DNA of 64,000 nucleotides, taken from NCBI GenBank assembly GCA_025594325.1, contig JANHCV010000007.1, positions 1,612,001 through 1,676,000 of the forward strand, in the 5' to 3' direction. The notes below the pieces were generated by a model, which saw nothing but the letters and a program-made list of their open reading frames with translations, was not told the DNA's origin and did not search any database. The stretch's first letter is position 1; each line of letters opens with the position of its first letter. The position numbers and the translations under genes were made by a program. Positions 12,895 through 22,314 of this stretch are shown piece after piece. Source of the stretch: Blastocladiella emersonii ATCC 22665. Taxonomy: Eukaryota > Fungi > Blastocladiomycota.

Positions 12895-13921
12895 GGTGTT
12901 TTGGTGTGGCAGCAGCGGTCGCTCGCGATGGGGAGAGCCGAAGTCGATCGCGGGCCGCCACCCCAACTTGGGAGCGTGGGACCCGGCAAACGAGGTGCCA
13001 AGAAAGATCGAGGGCGTGCTCGTGCGCAAAACCGAGAGAAACCCGCGGTTTTCAGCTCAAGTGAGCACACGTGGGCCCGGTGCCATGCCCGTCTCACGCC
13101 TCGCTGGGCCTTCGATCCGCGCGTTGATCTTAGCGAGCTGAACAGAGGATCGGGTTATATGAGGGCAGGCATTTGGCTGCGCTGCCTGGAATCCGAGCGA
13201 CTCGGCGGCCGAAGGAGCGTTGAAGGCGTATACGTCACGTGAGTGGCGCAGCGCGTCTCCGTCTCGCACTGCTCACGGACCTGGCGCCAACGACGGACCC
13301 CTTTGGTCGTGTATCCCTACTTCAGTACCCTCAGTTTGCGCGCCACTTAAGCCTCGTTTGGGCGTGTTTAGCGGAAGCGGGCCAGCAGCTAGCACTCGTG
13401 CGGAGTCCTTGGATCGTGGCCGCCTTTATGTCGACACAATCATTTAATCTAGTGATATACAGTTTTAAACAGTTATTTTCAAAAGAAAAGTCAGCAAGTG
13501 TTGATGGGACGCGGAAACAAAAGTGTAGGGAAGCATCGACGCGGTGGTGGGGAAGCAGCCGACCCAGAGGATCGAACCGCCGCCCTTGGCAATAACTACC
13601 GTGGAGTAGTCCCCCGCCTTGGGCATCTTAGACTAATGACCCACTTTCGGCCTGTCTGCACGCCGTTGATTTTGCTTATATATAGCTGCCTCCTGGCTCG
13701 TTCAACCCGAGCACATGCCCCAAGCGTCACATTAAGTGTGAAATGGACGCGTCGTGGATGAGCATCGCACGCGAGGGTCGGGATCTTCGGTTTTGTCCTT
13801 TTGAGGAATCGGCGTGTGACGATCACGGGCGGCCGACCACCTCGCCAGTAACTCGGCAGCGCAGTGAACGTGGGGATCGCGTCGCTTCACCCGCGTCTCC
13901 AACTCACCCCCATGAGCCTCG

Positions 13922-15191
13922 ATGAAATCTGACCCAGACATGGTGCAACGCTTGCCTTATGAGCTTGTCGAGGAGATCCTGGTGTGGGCCGTGCGCCTCG
14001 ACCCTCGCGGCACGGACGCGCTTCCCCTCTGCGCGTTGCTCCCGGCCTGTCTCGACTCCGGCGCCTCGTGCTCCGCAGGTCGCTTTCCAATCGAGCCTTT
14101 CATTTCAGCAAGATGATGCTGCTCAGCCCTTCCGCGACGCGCTCATCCGCTCCCGCGCTTCTGCAGCACCGTCAACTGACCCGGGATGGGTCCAGTTCTA
14201 CTTGACGCTGCTCTGCGTTGGCGGCCGCGTCCACTTGCTGGAAAAATGGCGCTGCTCAGCAGGCGACGCGCAGTGCAAGTTTCCTCCCTCGCCCGACTAC
14301 ATGGATCTCGCGTCGGCACACAACCAGTCCGAAGTACTCGAATGGCTGCACCAAGAAGAGCTGTCCTCCCCGCTGCAGTGCACGGAGCGTGCAATCAACG
14401 AAGCTGCGCGCCTCGGCGCGGTTGACTCGCTAAGAGTCTGGGCCGACTCGGAGCTCCCGCTCAAGGCATCGCCGAGTGTTTGTAACGAAGCCATTGCGCG
14501 CGACGACGCCGACGTTGTATACTGGCTCGGCGAGTGCCGTCTCGCGCCCATGGACGACGTGGACGGTGTCAGCGGAGAGCTCGACCTTGCTATCGTGGCC
14601 GGTGCAATCAAGGTACTCGAATGCCCCCGGTATCGCGAAGTGGAGATCACTGAAGCAGTCGATTGGGACAAGGTACTACCTCGAATCATCGATGACGAAA
14701 ACTTCGCGTCGCTCGAGTGGCTCTACCGAAGGACGGACCACGGCCATCGCGTTAACTTTGACTGCCTCACCGACCTGTCACTCGACTTGGAAGGCTTCGA
14801 GGATGAGCTCAACACCGCTGCGAATCTGACAGCTCTCAAGTACGGCTAGTTTGATGAAAACGACGAGTCCGAGGACTACAAACCTTCGAGTGATGGCGAC
14901 TCAGTTTGGCGCGTAGTGATTGCCTACGCGAGCCGCAAGTGCAAGAATCGCGTGCTTACTTGGCTCTACAACACTCTCCCGGGCAGCGTGTTCTATTGCC
15001 CTGTCGAGTGGCTTAGCGTTGTTGAGGGCGACGACGAAGACGCGATCCTCGCCCGCCCCGATTGGTGGGCAGAGTCGGGGATGAGGCTGCCATACCACGG
15101 AGCTCACCAAGCAGTTCTCGAGGCCAGCGAGCTGGGATTCGACCGCATCGTTGCATGGTGGCGCGATCGTGGCTATACTCGCGACGTTTGA
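13922..15191 (+). pseudogene. Degenerate ankyrin-like repeat protein with F-box-like N-terminus; frameshifted, with an internal stop
   Basis: The N-terminus (QRLPYELVEEILVWA) is in a different frame from the body (YMDLASAHNQSEVLEWL, AINEAARLGAVDSLRVW). An in-frame TAG at 14847..14849 is followed by the same frame continuing to 15191 (VIAYASRKCKNRVLTWL, AVLEASELGFDRIVAWW). No splice signals were found that bridge either lesion. Confidence 0.6.
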
Positions 15192-15565
15192 TGCTTCGCT
15201 GTTCCTGTCGCAGTTTATCGTTCATCATAAACTCGTATAGTCGGCAGATTCAGACCGCTGAGCAGCTCAACCAGCGTAATCCCGTCCATCAAGTCAGCCA
15301 TCAGCAATCAGCTGTCAGAGCTCGAGCGGGATCGCGTCGCGTCGCGTCGCGTCGCTTTTGCTCTCAAAATGAGCGAGGATTGGGCCCATTCAGCTTGTCC
15401 GCTCACTCGAACTTTGCCTCGGCCGCTAGCTTGCCGGACATTGATGGACGCAAGTTCAAGCTCACGATGCGAGCTCGGACAGGATATGAACGAAGCTTGC
15501 AGTTTATGAAGAGAGAAAAACACGACAACACTCAGCGACCCGACCTAAACGCAGGCACCCGCTCC

Positions 15566-17575
15566 TCACGCGACGATTTCGCCCGAGCGGACATCCTCGT
15601 ACACCTCGACGGTGCTCTCGAAGACCGCCTTGCCCGCGGTCGGCACGAGGCGGCGGCGCTCGATCCACGCCTTGGCGTCGAAGTCGAGCAGGTCGTCGAC
15701 GAACGCGTTCACGTCGTGCACGATGCGCACCTCGGTGCGGCTGACGAGCTCGACGGCCACGGTGAACACGGCGTCGCCCGCGCGGTGGACCAGCTCCTTG
15801 CGCCCGCCGAGCTCCTTCTCGGCGCGCTCGTCGCCGACCGTCGACGACGTGATCCCGCCAAACAGGTCGCGCAGCTCGCGGTTGCGCAGCACCGAGGCCA
15901 GCGGACCGTGCACCGTGGCGACGATGGCGTGCACGCGCGTCGACACGGACCGCGCCGCGTGCGCCTCGAGCGAGTTGCTGATCTCGTCGACCGCCACGAC
16001 GTCGGGCGTGTGGTTCTGGACCGCCTCGAGCATCGACTCGTGCTGGCGCGACCGCGCGGGCACGTGCATGCGGCGGCACCGGCGCAGCGACGAGTGCGCG
16101 ACGTCGCCCGGCCCGCCGACCTCGCCCGACGTGTCGACGATCATGACGTTGCGGCGGCGCCGGCCCGTGTCGCGCTCGCTGAGCCGCGCGCAGATGTCGC
16201 GCAGCGTGTGTGTCTTGCCGGTCCCGGGGCGCCCGACGACCAGGATCGACTCGCCGCGCACGAGGAGGTCGCGCAGGAGCGTCGTCGCGAGACCCGAGTG
16301 TGGCGGCGCGGCGCGCCCGATGCGCAGCGTGAGGCCGACGGGCGTCCCGTTGTCGCGGCCCGCGATCCACGAGATGCGGTGCAGCTGGCCGTCGATGCCG
16401 CCGCGGCGGTCCGACGAGAAGGTGCGCGAGGCGTGGATGGCATCAATCATCTCGCGCGTGACGGGACCAAAGTCGTCGAGGTCCATGACGCCGTCGGGGA
16501 CCACACCCTCGCCGTCGCCATTCGAGAGCGCGGCCAAGTCGAGGTAGCGGAGGCGCGGCGGCATGCCGAGGTCGAGCGAGATCTCGTCGAGCTCGTTGAT
16601 CGGGTCGCCCGGGAACTGGGCGTAGATGCACTCGCGCAGCTCGTCGGGGAGAAGCGAGAGCAGGTTCTCGACCTCGACGCGCACCTGCGCGCGGAACGCG
16701 GCCTCCTCGGGATCATCGACATCAGCCGCGCCGTTCTCGGTGGCGGCGGAGGCGCCGCGCCACTCGAGGCGCGCCGGGTTCTTGGGGTTGAAGCGCGCGT
16801 GGACGGGCACGTTGAGCGGCAGCGGCTTGTTGGTCCACTCGCGGATCTCGGCGGGGTCGGGAACGACGGGAAGATGTTCGAAAGCGGCTTCAAAAGGAGA
16901 AGAGGCGAGGGCCGGATCGACGTGCGAAGCAGGGCTCGACGCAGCTGCAGCAGCGGAGGCAGAAGCAGCGGGAGCCTTGGCGGGGGCGGGCGCAGCAGCG
17001 GGCAGCGAAGGGGCCGCGGGGCGAGCGGGGTTCGCCGCGGGCGGATGCGGCGAGGCCGACGGAACAAACGAAGCTTGCGCTTGGTGGAAGGCATCGATAA
17101 TCCGGGACGCGGCCATGAGGCCAACGAGGCGGCCCTCGTCGTCAATCTTGAAGTGCGAAGTGAGTGGCGCAATCAGCTTGCGGATCGACGGCGGCTGGTT
17201 GCGGAAGGCCAGGTGCGAAATGAGCTCAGTGTTGAGCTGCGCGAACGTGCGCGGGCCATTCTTGTGGAGGTACATGTGCAGGTCGATCAGGAAGACGAGG
17301 TGGGTGCCGAACTCGGGTTCGTGGTCCGAAACCGCGCGCACGAGCTGGTACCGCTTCGGCTTGACAGACACGCGGCGAAGAACCTTGGGGAACATGTCGG
17401 CGAGGGCAGCCACACCGCCGCAAAGAATAACGAACCGGGCGAGCGGAGTGAGGTGGACGTCGAGCTCGGCGGCCGAAAGCGTCTTGTCCTCGGCCTTGGC
17501 CAGGTGGCTGGCAACCGCCTTGGCCAGGTGGCTGGCAACCGCCTTGAGCAGCAGTCGAACGAAGTTGATCTCCAT
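15566..17575 (-). CDS. Ycf45/SpoIIIAA-like P-loop ATPase with an N-terminal putative winged-helix (LOTUS/OST-HTH-like) region, intronless
   Basis: Walker A SILVVGRPGTGKTHTLRD, VMIVDTSGEVGG, MLEAVQNHTPDVVAVDEIS (Walker B), ATVHG and GLTLRIGRA are diagnostic of the Ycf45/SpoIIIAA family. ATG at 17575, with TATAAA about 55 nt upstream on the minus strand. Confidence 0.85.
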   Translation of the reverse strand: MEINFVRLLLKAVASHLAKAVASHLAKAEDKTLSAAELDVHLTPLARFVILCGGVAALADMFPKVLRRVSVKPKRYQLVRAVSDHEPEFGTHLVFLIDLHMYLHKNGPRTFAQLNTELISHLAFRNQPPSIRKLIAPLTSHFKIDDEGRLVGLMAASRIIDAFHQAQASFVPSASPHPPAANPARPAAPSLPAAAPAPAKAPAASASAAAAASSPASHVDPALASSPFEAAFEHLPVVPDPAEIREWTNKPLPLNVPVHARFNPKNPARLEWRGASAATENGAADVDDPEEAAFRAQVRVEVENLLSLLPDELRECIYAQFPGDPINELDEISLDLGMPPRLRYLDLAALSNGDGEGVVPDGVMDLDDFGPVTREMIDAIHASRTFSSDRRGGIDGQLHRISWIAGRDNGTPVGLTLRIGRAAPPHSGLATTLLRDLLVRGESILVVGRPGTGKTHTLRDICARLSERDTGRRRRNVMIVDTSGEVGGPGDVAHSSLRRCRRMHVPARSRQHESMLEAVQNHTPDVVAVDEISNSLEAHAARSVSTRVHAIVATVHGPLASVLRNRELRDLFGGITSSTVGDERAEKELGGRKELVHRAGDAVFTVAVELVSRTEVRIVHDVNAFVDDLLDFDAKAWIERRRLVPTAGKAVFESTVEVYEDVRSGEIVA
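17493..17545. repeat. 24-nt in-frame tandem duplication (AVASHLAK x2)
   Basis: GCCTTGGCCAGGTGGCTGGCAACC occurs at 17493 and 17517, followed by GCCTT. Confidence 0.9.
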
Positions 17576-17629
17576 GGTGGGCGGGCTCGTCGTCGTCGAA
17601 AGAGCGGCCGCGCGTGAAGACGTTGCCCG

Positions 17630-17635
17630 TTTTAT
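17630..17635 (-). promoter_or_regulatory. TATA box of the ATPase gene
   Basis: Reads TATAAA on the minus strand about 55 nt upstream of the ATG at 17575, in GC-rich context. Confidence 0.5.
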
Positions 17636-17668
17636 ACGGCCCGCAGGGCTAGCCGCTGAAACGGTGAA

Positions 17669-17704
17669 TCTGTCCAAGTGCGTGCCTCTGTCCAAGTGCG
17701 TGCC
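17669..17704. repeat. 18-nt perfect tandem duplication in the promoter region
   Basis: TCTGTCCAAGTGCGTGCC x2. Confidence 0.9.
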
Positions 17705-18663
17705 ACGTGTCACTATTTTCAGTTGGTTTCGACGAGTTTCGGACAGTTTTGCGACTCACGTTTGCCTGCGTCGACCCGCAGCACTTTCTGGCCGTTCGAG
17801 TCCACCGAGCCCAGAAGCCGTATCGCATTGAGGGGGAACGTGGCCGTGGCCTCGGCTGCGTGCGTTGCCAAGCACCAGGTGTCGATTATTCCAGACGAGA
17901 GCTGTAAGCAGAAGGGGCGATTCCGGGTGATCGGTCGTGCAGCAGCAAGTCGGTAAGGCGGATGTCTCGAGCACACTGAAGGAAGCTGTGCAGCGTCATC
18001 GTACGCATTCAGAGCAGTTCGAACGAGGGAGCACCCGGCTCCGTTTAACAATGCTGCGATCCGGTCCCAAAGTTCGCAAGAAGGGCTCGTATCCAGCCGA
18101 GCAGTGCCAGTTGCTGCGTAGTCGCGGTGTCGGCCGCTCACGACAAGACTGCGGCGCCGGTCACGAAGGGACCGCAGGGACGCTTGGCCGTGCCAACGCT
18201 CGCACACGCGCGGCCGTCACGAGCATATTGCAAGAAGTCAAGATGCATGGCAGGTCCGTTGCGTTTCATGTCCGGGCTGAGGCGTCGCGATAGAGCGCCG
18301 AACGGCGGCGAAGCCGGACACGGAGCGGACACCGCAAAAACAGCGGCGGCCTGAGCGACGGCAGGTGAGCCGCGATCACACCGAAACCACATGATTTCTC
18401 GACGCGTCTCACGTCTCGTGGCCTTGTTTTCGCTTTGCCTCTCAGGTTGTACACAGTCACAGAACCCACTTCTCCATGAATCAGCACTCGATCCAACTCG
18501 CCGCACGTAGCGGGCTCCCACGCGAGCGAAAGGGTCAAGGACATGCGCCTGCTTCGTGGCTCCAGACGCGAAGGCAACCAGACTCTCGAATCGAATATAA
18601 AGACGACATATATTGCGGCCGGCCTACTCGAGCGTCGCCTTGCGCGCCTGCTTATCGCTACAG

Positions 18664-20835
18664 CTACGCGAACTCGCGGCGGAGATCGTCAAGGAACGAC
18701 GACTGCTCCTTCTCGAGGAGCCCGAGAGTCCACGGCATCATGTCAAAGGTGACGCGCTCACACAGGCCCTTGCCGTGCTTTCTCGCCTGTGGAAGCGAAA
18801 AATTGCGGCCCTCGATGTCGTGCTTGCGGACCACAGCGGCGAGGCACTTCTTGGCGGCGAGCGGGAGCTTCGGGAGGACCGGTCCGTGGTCAGGGTCGTC
18901 GGCGAAGCGGAGCAGGGTGACGACGGTCTGGACCCACTCGACCTGCTGCACGAGATCGCACTCGCCGCACGTCTTGCCGCCGTTGTCGTTGTACTCGACC
19001 GAGCTCACGAGGACGTGGCGCCCAACACGGCCCGCGGCCTGCGCCATGAGCATGATGCCGAGAAGCACGGGGGCGAGCTCGCACGCGCGAATCTGCTCGA
19101 GCAGCGGCCCAGAGAAGTGCGGCTCGTTGACGACCGCGACGGGAAGCCACGCGAGCGCCTCGTAGCCGTCCCAGTCGAACGTCACCTGGTCGGCTGGCGA
19201 GGCGAACAGGTACGAGTCGAGGAGATGGGTCGCGCGCATGAGCAGCGGCGGCAGGTAGTTGACGTCGTCGGTCTTGGTGAAAAGCGCGGCAAAGCGGGCG
19301 CGGCGGCGGAGCGCGCGTTTCGGCTTCTCGCTCGCGACCACGATCTCGAGCATGTCAATCAGGTCCTCGTTGTCGCCAAAGTACCGCTGCGCGAAGGTGA
19401 GCACGTCGTCGACATGGTCCTTGCCCTCGAGTGTGAACAGACCAAAGTCACGCAGCACTACACACTCGCATTCAATCGTTAGCGACACGGGTGGCGTAAA
19501 TCGAGCCCGTCACTACGTACAATCAACGAGCTTGGCGCCGTTGTTGCGCCCGAGCCGGTCGACGGCGAGCTGCACAAGCGGATCCGAAACCGGCGCGTCC
19601 GGTCCCTTCCGGAGAACCGCGAGGACGATCTTGCCCCACGCGTCCATATCAAGCAGCCCGTGGTCGTCGAACACGCCAAGCGCGTGCAAGCCGTGACCGT
19701 GCTTGCACCAGCCAGCAACGAGGGTCGGAACCTGCGGGGGGAACATGGTGTCGTCGATGCTTTTCGTGAGAATCTTGGTGTGGTGCTGGAGGACGTGGGC
19801 GAAGGGCTCGGGCGTCGATTGCCGAACCAGCAAGGACCATAGCGAGATACCGTCGTTCTCGCGTCCACCCTCGGGCCAGACGTTGAGCAAGGTCCAGTCG
19901 AGAATTGGGATGATGCCGCCGGCAGCAGCAGCGTACGGTTCTTTGAGACAGTCAAACACGAGCTCGAGCACCTGGTCGTTGTTGCCTAGCTCAAGGAGCA
20001 ACTCGTCGTCCACGCCCGCCGAAAGTCGGCCCTTGGTCATGAGTCCGAACGCGGGACCGTTCCCCGAAAGCATGGCCGTGATGGCGATCCACGTCGGAAG
20101 GGATAACCGCCAGTCGAGTTTCGGGGCGGCCTTCATCAAGTCGCGCCACGGGAGCACGCAGCACTTGACGCTCACATCCATCCACACGATGATGGATATG
20201 GGCAAGCAGGTAAACTCGAGCGCGTTCTGGGCGGTGCATACCACGAGTTGCCCGAGCAGCGCACGGCTGCGATCGACCGCGGCGAAGGCAATGAGCTGGA
20301 ACAGGGCGTTCACTGGGACTGCGGTAAAGAGCTGGATTTTCGGCGTGCCGCGGGTGACCTCGTTTATCAAGATGGACTGGGCGCGCATGATCAACTCGGG
20401 GGAATACGTGTTGCGGTCGCCGCAGCGGTTGAGCGCGGGCTGGAGCTCTACGAGGGGGCACCGGGCCGCTGCGAGCACGAGCGCATCAAGTCCAGGCCGG
20501 GCGGGAAGCTCAGAGGCATTGCCCTCGGCGAGATAGTCGAGCTCGAGGTAAGCGCACAGGTTCGTGCGCACGGTCCGATCGGCGTTGAGAAGGACCGCGC
20601 GGGCGGCCGCGGGCGTCTTCAACTCGCACAGGGTGTTGATCCATGTGAGCTTGACCCGGTGCGATTCCATGGCGTCAAGGAGCTCGCGGCTCGCCGTCAG
20701 CACGCGGTGGTGCGGCGCAGCAAGCTGGACAACCCGCGCGGTCAGGTCCGACGGGAGGGCGGCGAAGCTGAGCGGGGCCGCCGCGTTCGCCGGATCGAGT
20801 TGCAGCGACTCGAGGGCGGTCTCCATTTGTTTCAT
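18664..20835 (-). CDS. Lineage-specific protein with F-box-like N-terminus, tandem copy C (702 aa)
   Basis: join(20835..19521, 19457..18664). A 63-nt intron, 19458..19520 (GTACGT...CTAAC...TAG), joins the two ORF-track pieces (AKLVD|LLRDFG). N-terminus FAALPSDLTARVVQLAAP...LTASREL. Colinear with copy A. Confidence 0.8.
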
Positions 20836-20948
20836 TGCTTCTGATCGAGGAGCTGGTAGCGAGGCGAGCGCGCGCAAAGCCCAGCGCAAAGAAAGCCTCC
20901 TCGCTGGACGAATTCGGTCCCCTGACAACGGTCAGCTGGTTCCCCTGT

Positions 20949-20983
20949 CACTTCCGTCAGGACGCGTTGCGCCACAGTGGCCG
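20949..20983. promoter_or_regulatory. Conserved upstream element of tandem copy C (also at 22102..22136 and 24549..24583)
   Basis: CACTTCCGTCA[G/A]GACGCG-x-[T/C]GCGCCACAG[T/C]GGCCG is conserved upstream of all three paralogs while the flanking non-coding DNA has diverged. Confidence 0.6.
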
Positions 20984-21038
20984 CCCCGCCCCGCTGTCAC
21001 GCAGAACGGATGTCATTGTTTGGCGAGCTCGACGACTT

Positions 21039-21992
21039 TTATTCAAGGGAACCGGGTGCATTGGTCGAGATCCAGTCGAGAATCGGGCGGATGTTGCCAG
21101 CAGCGGCGACCGGCTTCTTGAGGCAGTCCAACACGACCTTGAGCGCCAGGTCGTTGTTGCACAGCTCGAGGAGCAGTCCCTTGTCGAGGACCGTGCGGAA
21201 TCGGCCCTTGGTGACGAGCTCGAACGCGGAACCGTTCCCCGAAAGCATGGCTGTGACGGCAATCCACGTCGGAACCGAGGGCCGCCAGTCGACTTCGGGG
21301 ACGGCCTTGACCAGGTCGAGCCACGGGAGCCCCGAGCACTTGACGCTCACCTCGATCCATTCCGTGATGGATACGGGCATGCAGACAAACTCGAGCGCGT
21401 TCTGTGCAATGTTTACAACAAGCTCCTCGAGCAGCGCGCTAGTCCCGTCGAACGCGGCGTAGGCAATGAGCTGGAACAGGGCATGCACTGGGGCCGAGGT
21501 AAAGAGCTGGAGTTTTCGAGTGCTGCTCGTCATTTCTTCCAGCATGATGGACGTGACACGTAGGAACAGCTCGCGCGAAAACATGTCGCGGTCGCCGCAA
21601 CGATCGAGCGCGGGCTGGAGCTCCACCACGAGGCAGCGGGCCGCTGAGAGTGCGAGGGCATCGAGTCCAGGTCGATCGACGACAATGCTGTTGGTGAGAT
21701 GCTCGAGCTCGAGGTAAGCGCACAGGTTTGTGCGCACAATCTGGTTGTTGTCGATGTCAAGCAGCCGGACGGCCGCGGACGTCTTCATCTCGCACGGGGT
21801 ATTGATCCACGTGAGTTGAACTCGGTGCGATTCCAGGGCGCCGAAAAGCTCACGGCTCGTCGTCAGCACACGGTGGTGCGGCGCGGCAAGCTGGACGACC
21901 CGCGCAGTCAGATTCGACGGGAGGGCGGCGAAACCGAGCGAGGCCGCCGGATCGAGTTTCAGCGATTCGAGGACAGTCTCCATTTGATTCAT
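21039..21992 (-). pseudogene. Truncated tandem copy B of the F-box-like family (N-terminal about 317 aa only)
   Basis: Homologous to copies A and C up to ILDWI, then diverges and stops. The C-terminal half is missing and copy C's promoter follows immediately. Confidence 0.7.
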
Positions 21993-22314
21993 TGCTACTA
22001 GATGTGCTGGCCGGTAAGTTGAGGGGCTGGGAAGCGCGCGCGAGAAAGCTTTCCCGCGCGACGAATTCGGCCTCGCGCACACCATCAGCTGGTTTCCCTG
22101 TCACTTCCGTCAGGACGCGTCGCGCCACAGTGGCCGTTTTTTCAGTGTTGCGGTCATTGAATAAGGGTGTTCGGTAATATCGCCGACACTTACCTAAGGT
22201 GACTGAGGGCTCAAATCAGGTTAGAAACGACATGCATTGAGGCTGTTTGGTCAAAAATCGTCTCGCTCGCGCCCAGGCGCCCGGCTTGGCGTCACCAGCT
22301 GCAGCCGCCGCCGA

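Noticed and set aside
14847-14849. Possible genome-wide TAG reassignment suggested by the in-frame TAG
   Set aside because: TAG terminates several conserved genes here at the expected positions (for example Rim15 at 7941-7943 and AP-3 delta at 47677-47679).
17794-17803. GTTCGAGTCC resembling a tRNA T-loop/B-box
   Set aside because: The flanks do not form a T-stem, and no A-box or cloverleaf is present.
17700-18660. Several 60-160 aa ORFs in the gap between the ATPase and copy C
   Set aside because: No consistent codon bias, splice structure or motif; treated as intergenic.
19458-19520. Apparent split or nonsense pseudogene between ORFs 19513..20928 and 18664..19488
   Set aside because: The two stops lie inside a canonical 63-nt intron (GTACGT...CTAAC...TAG) that is also present in paralogue A, so the spliced gene is intact.
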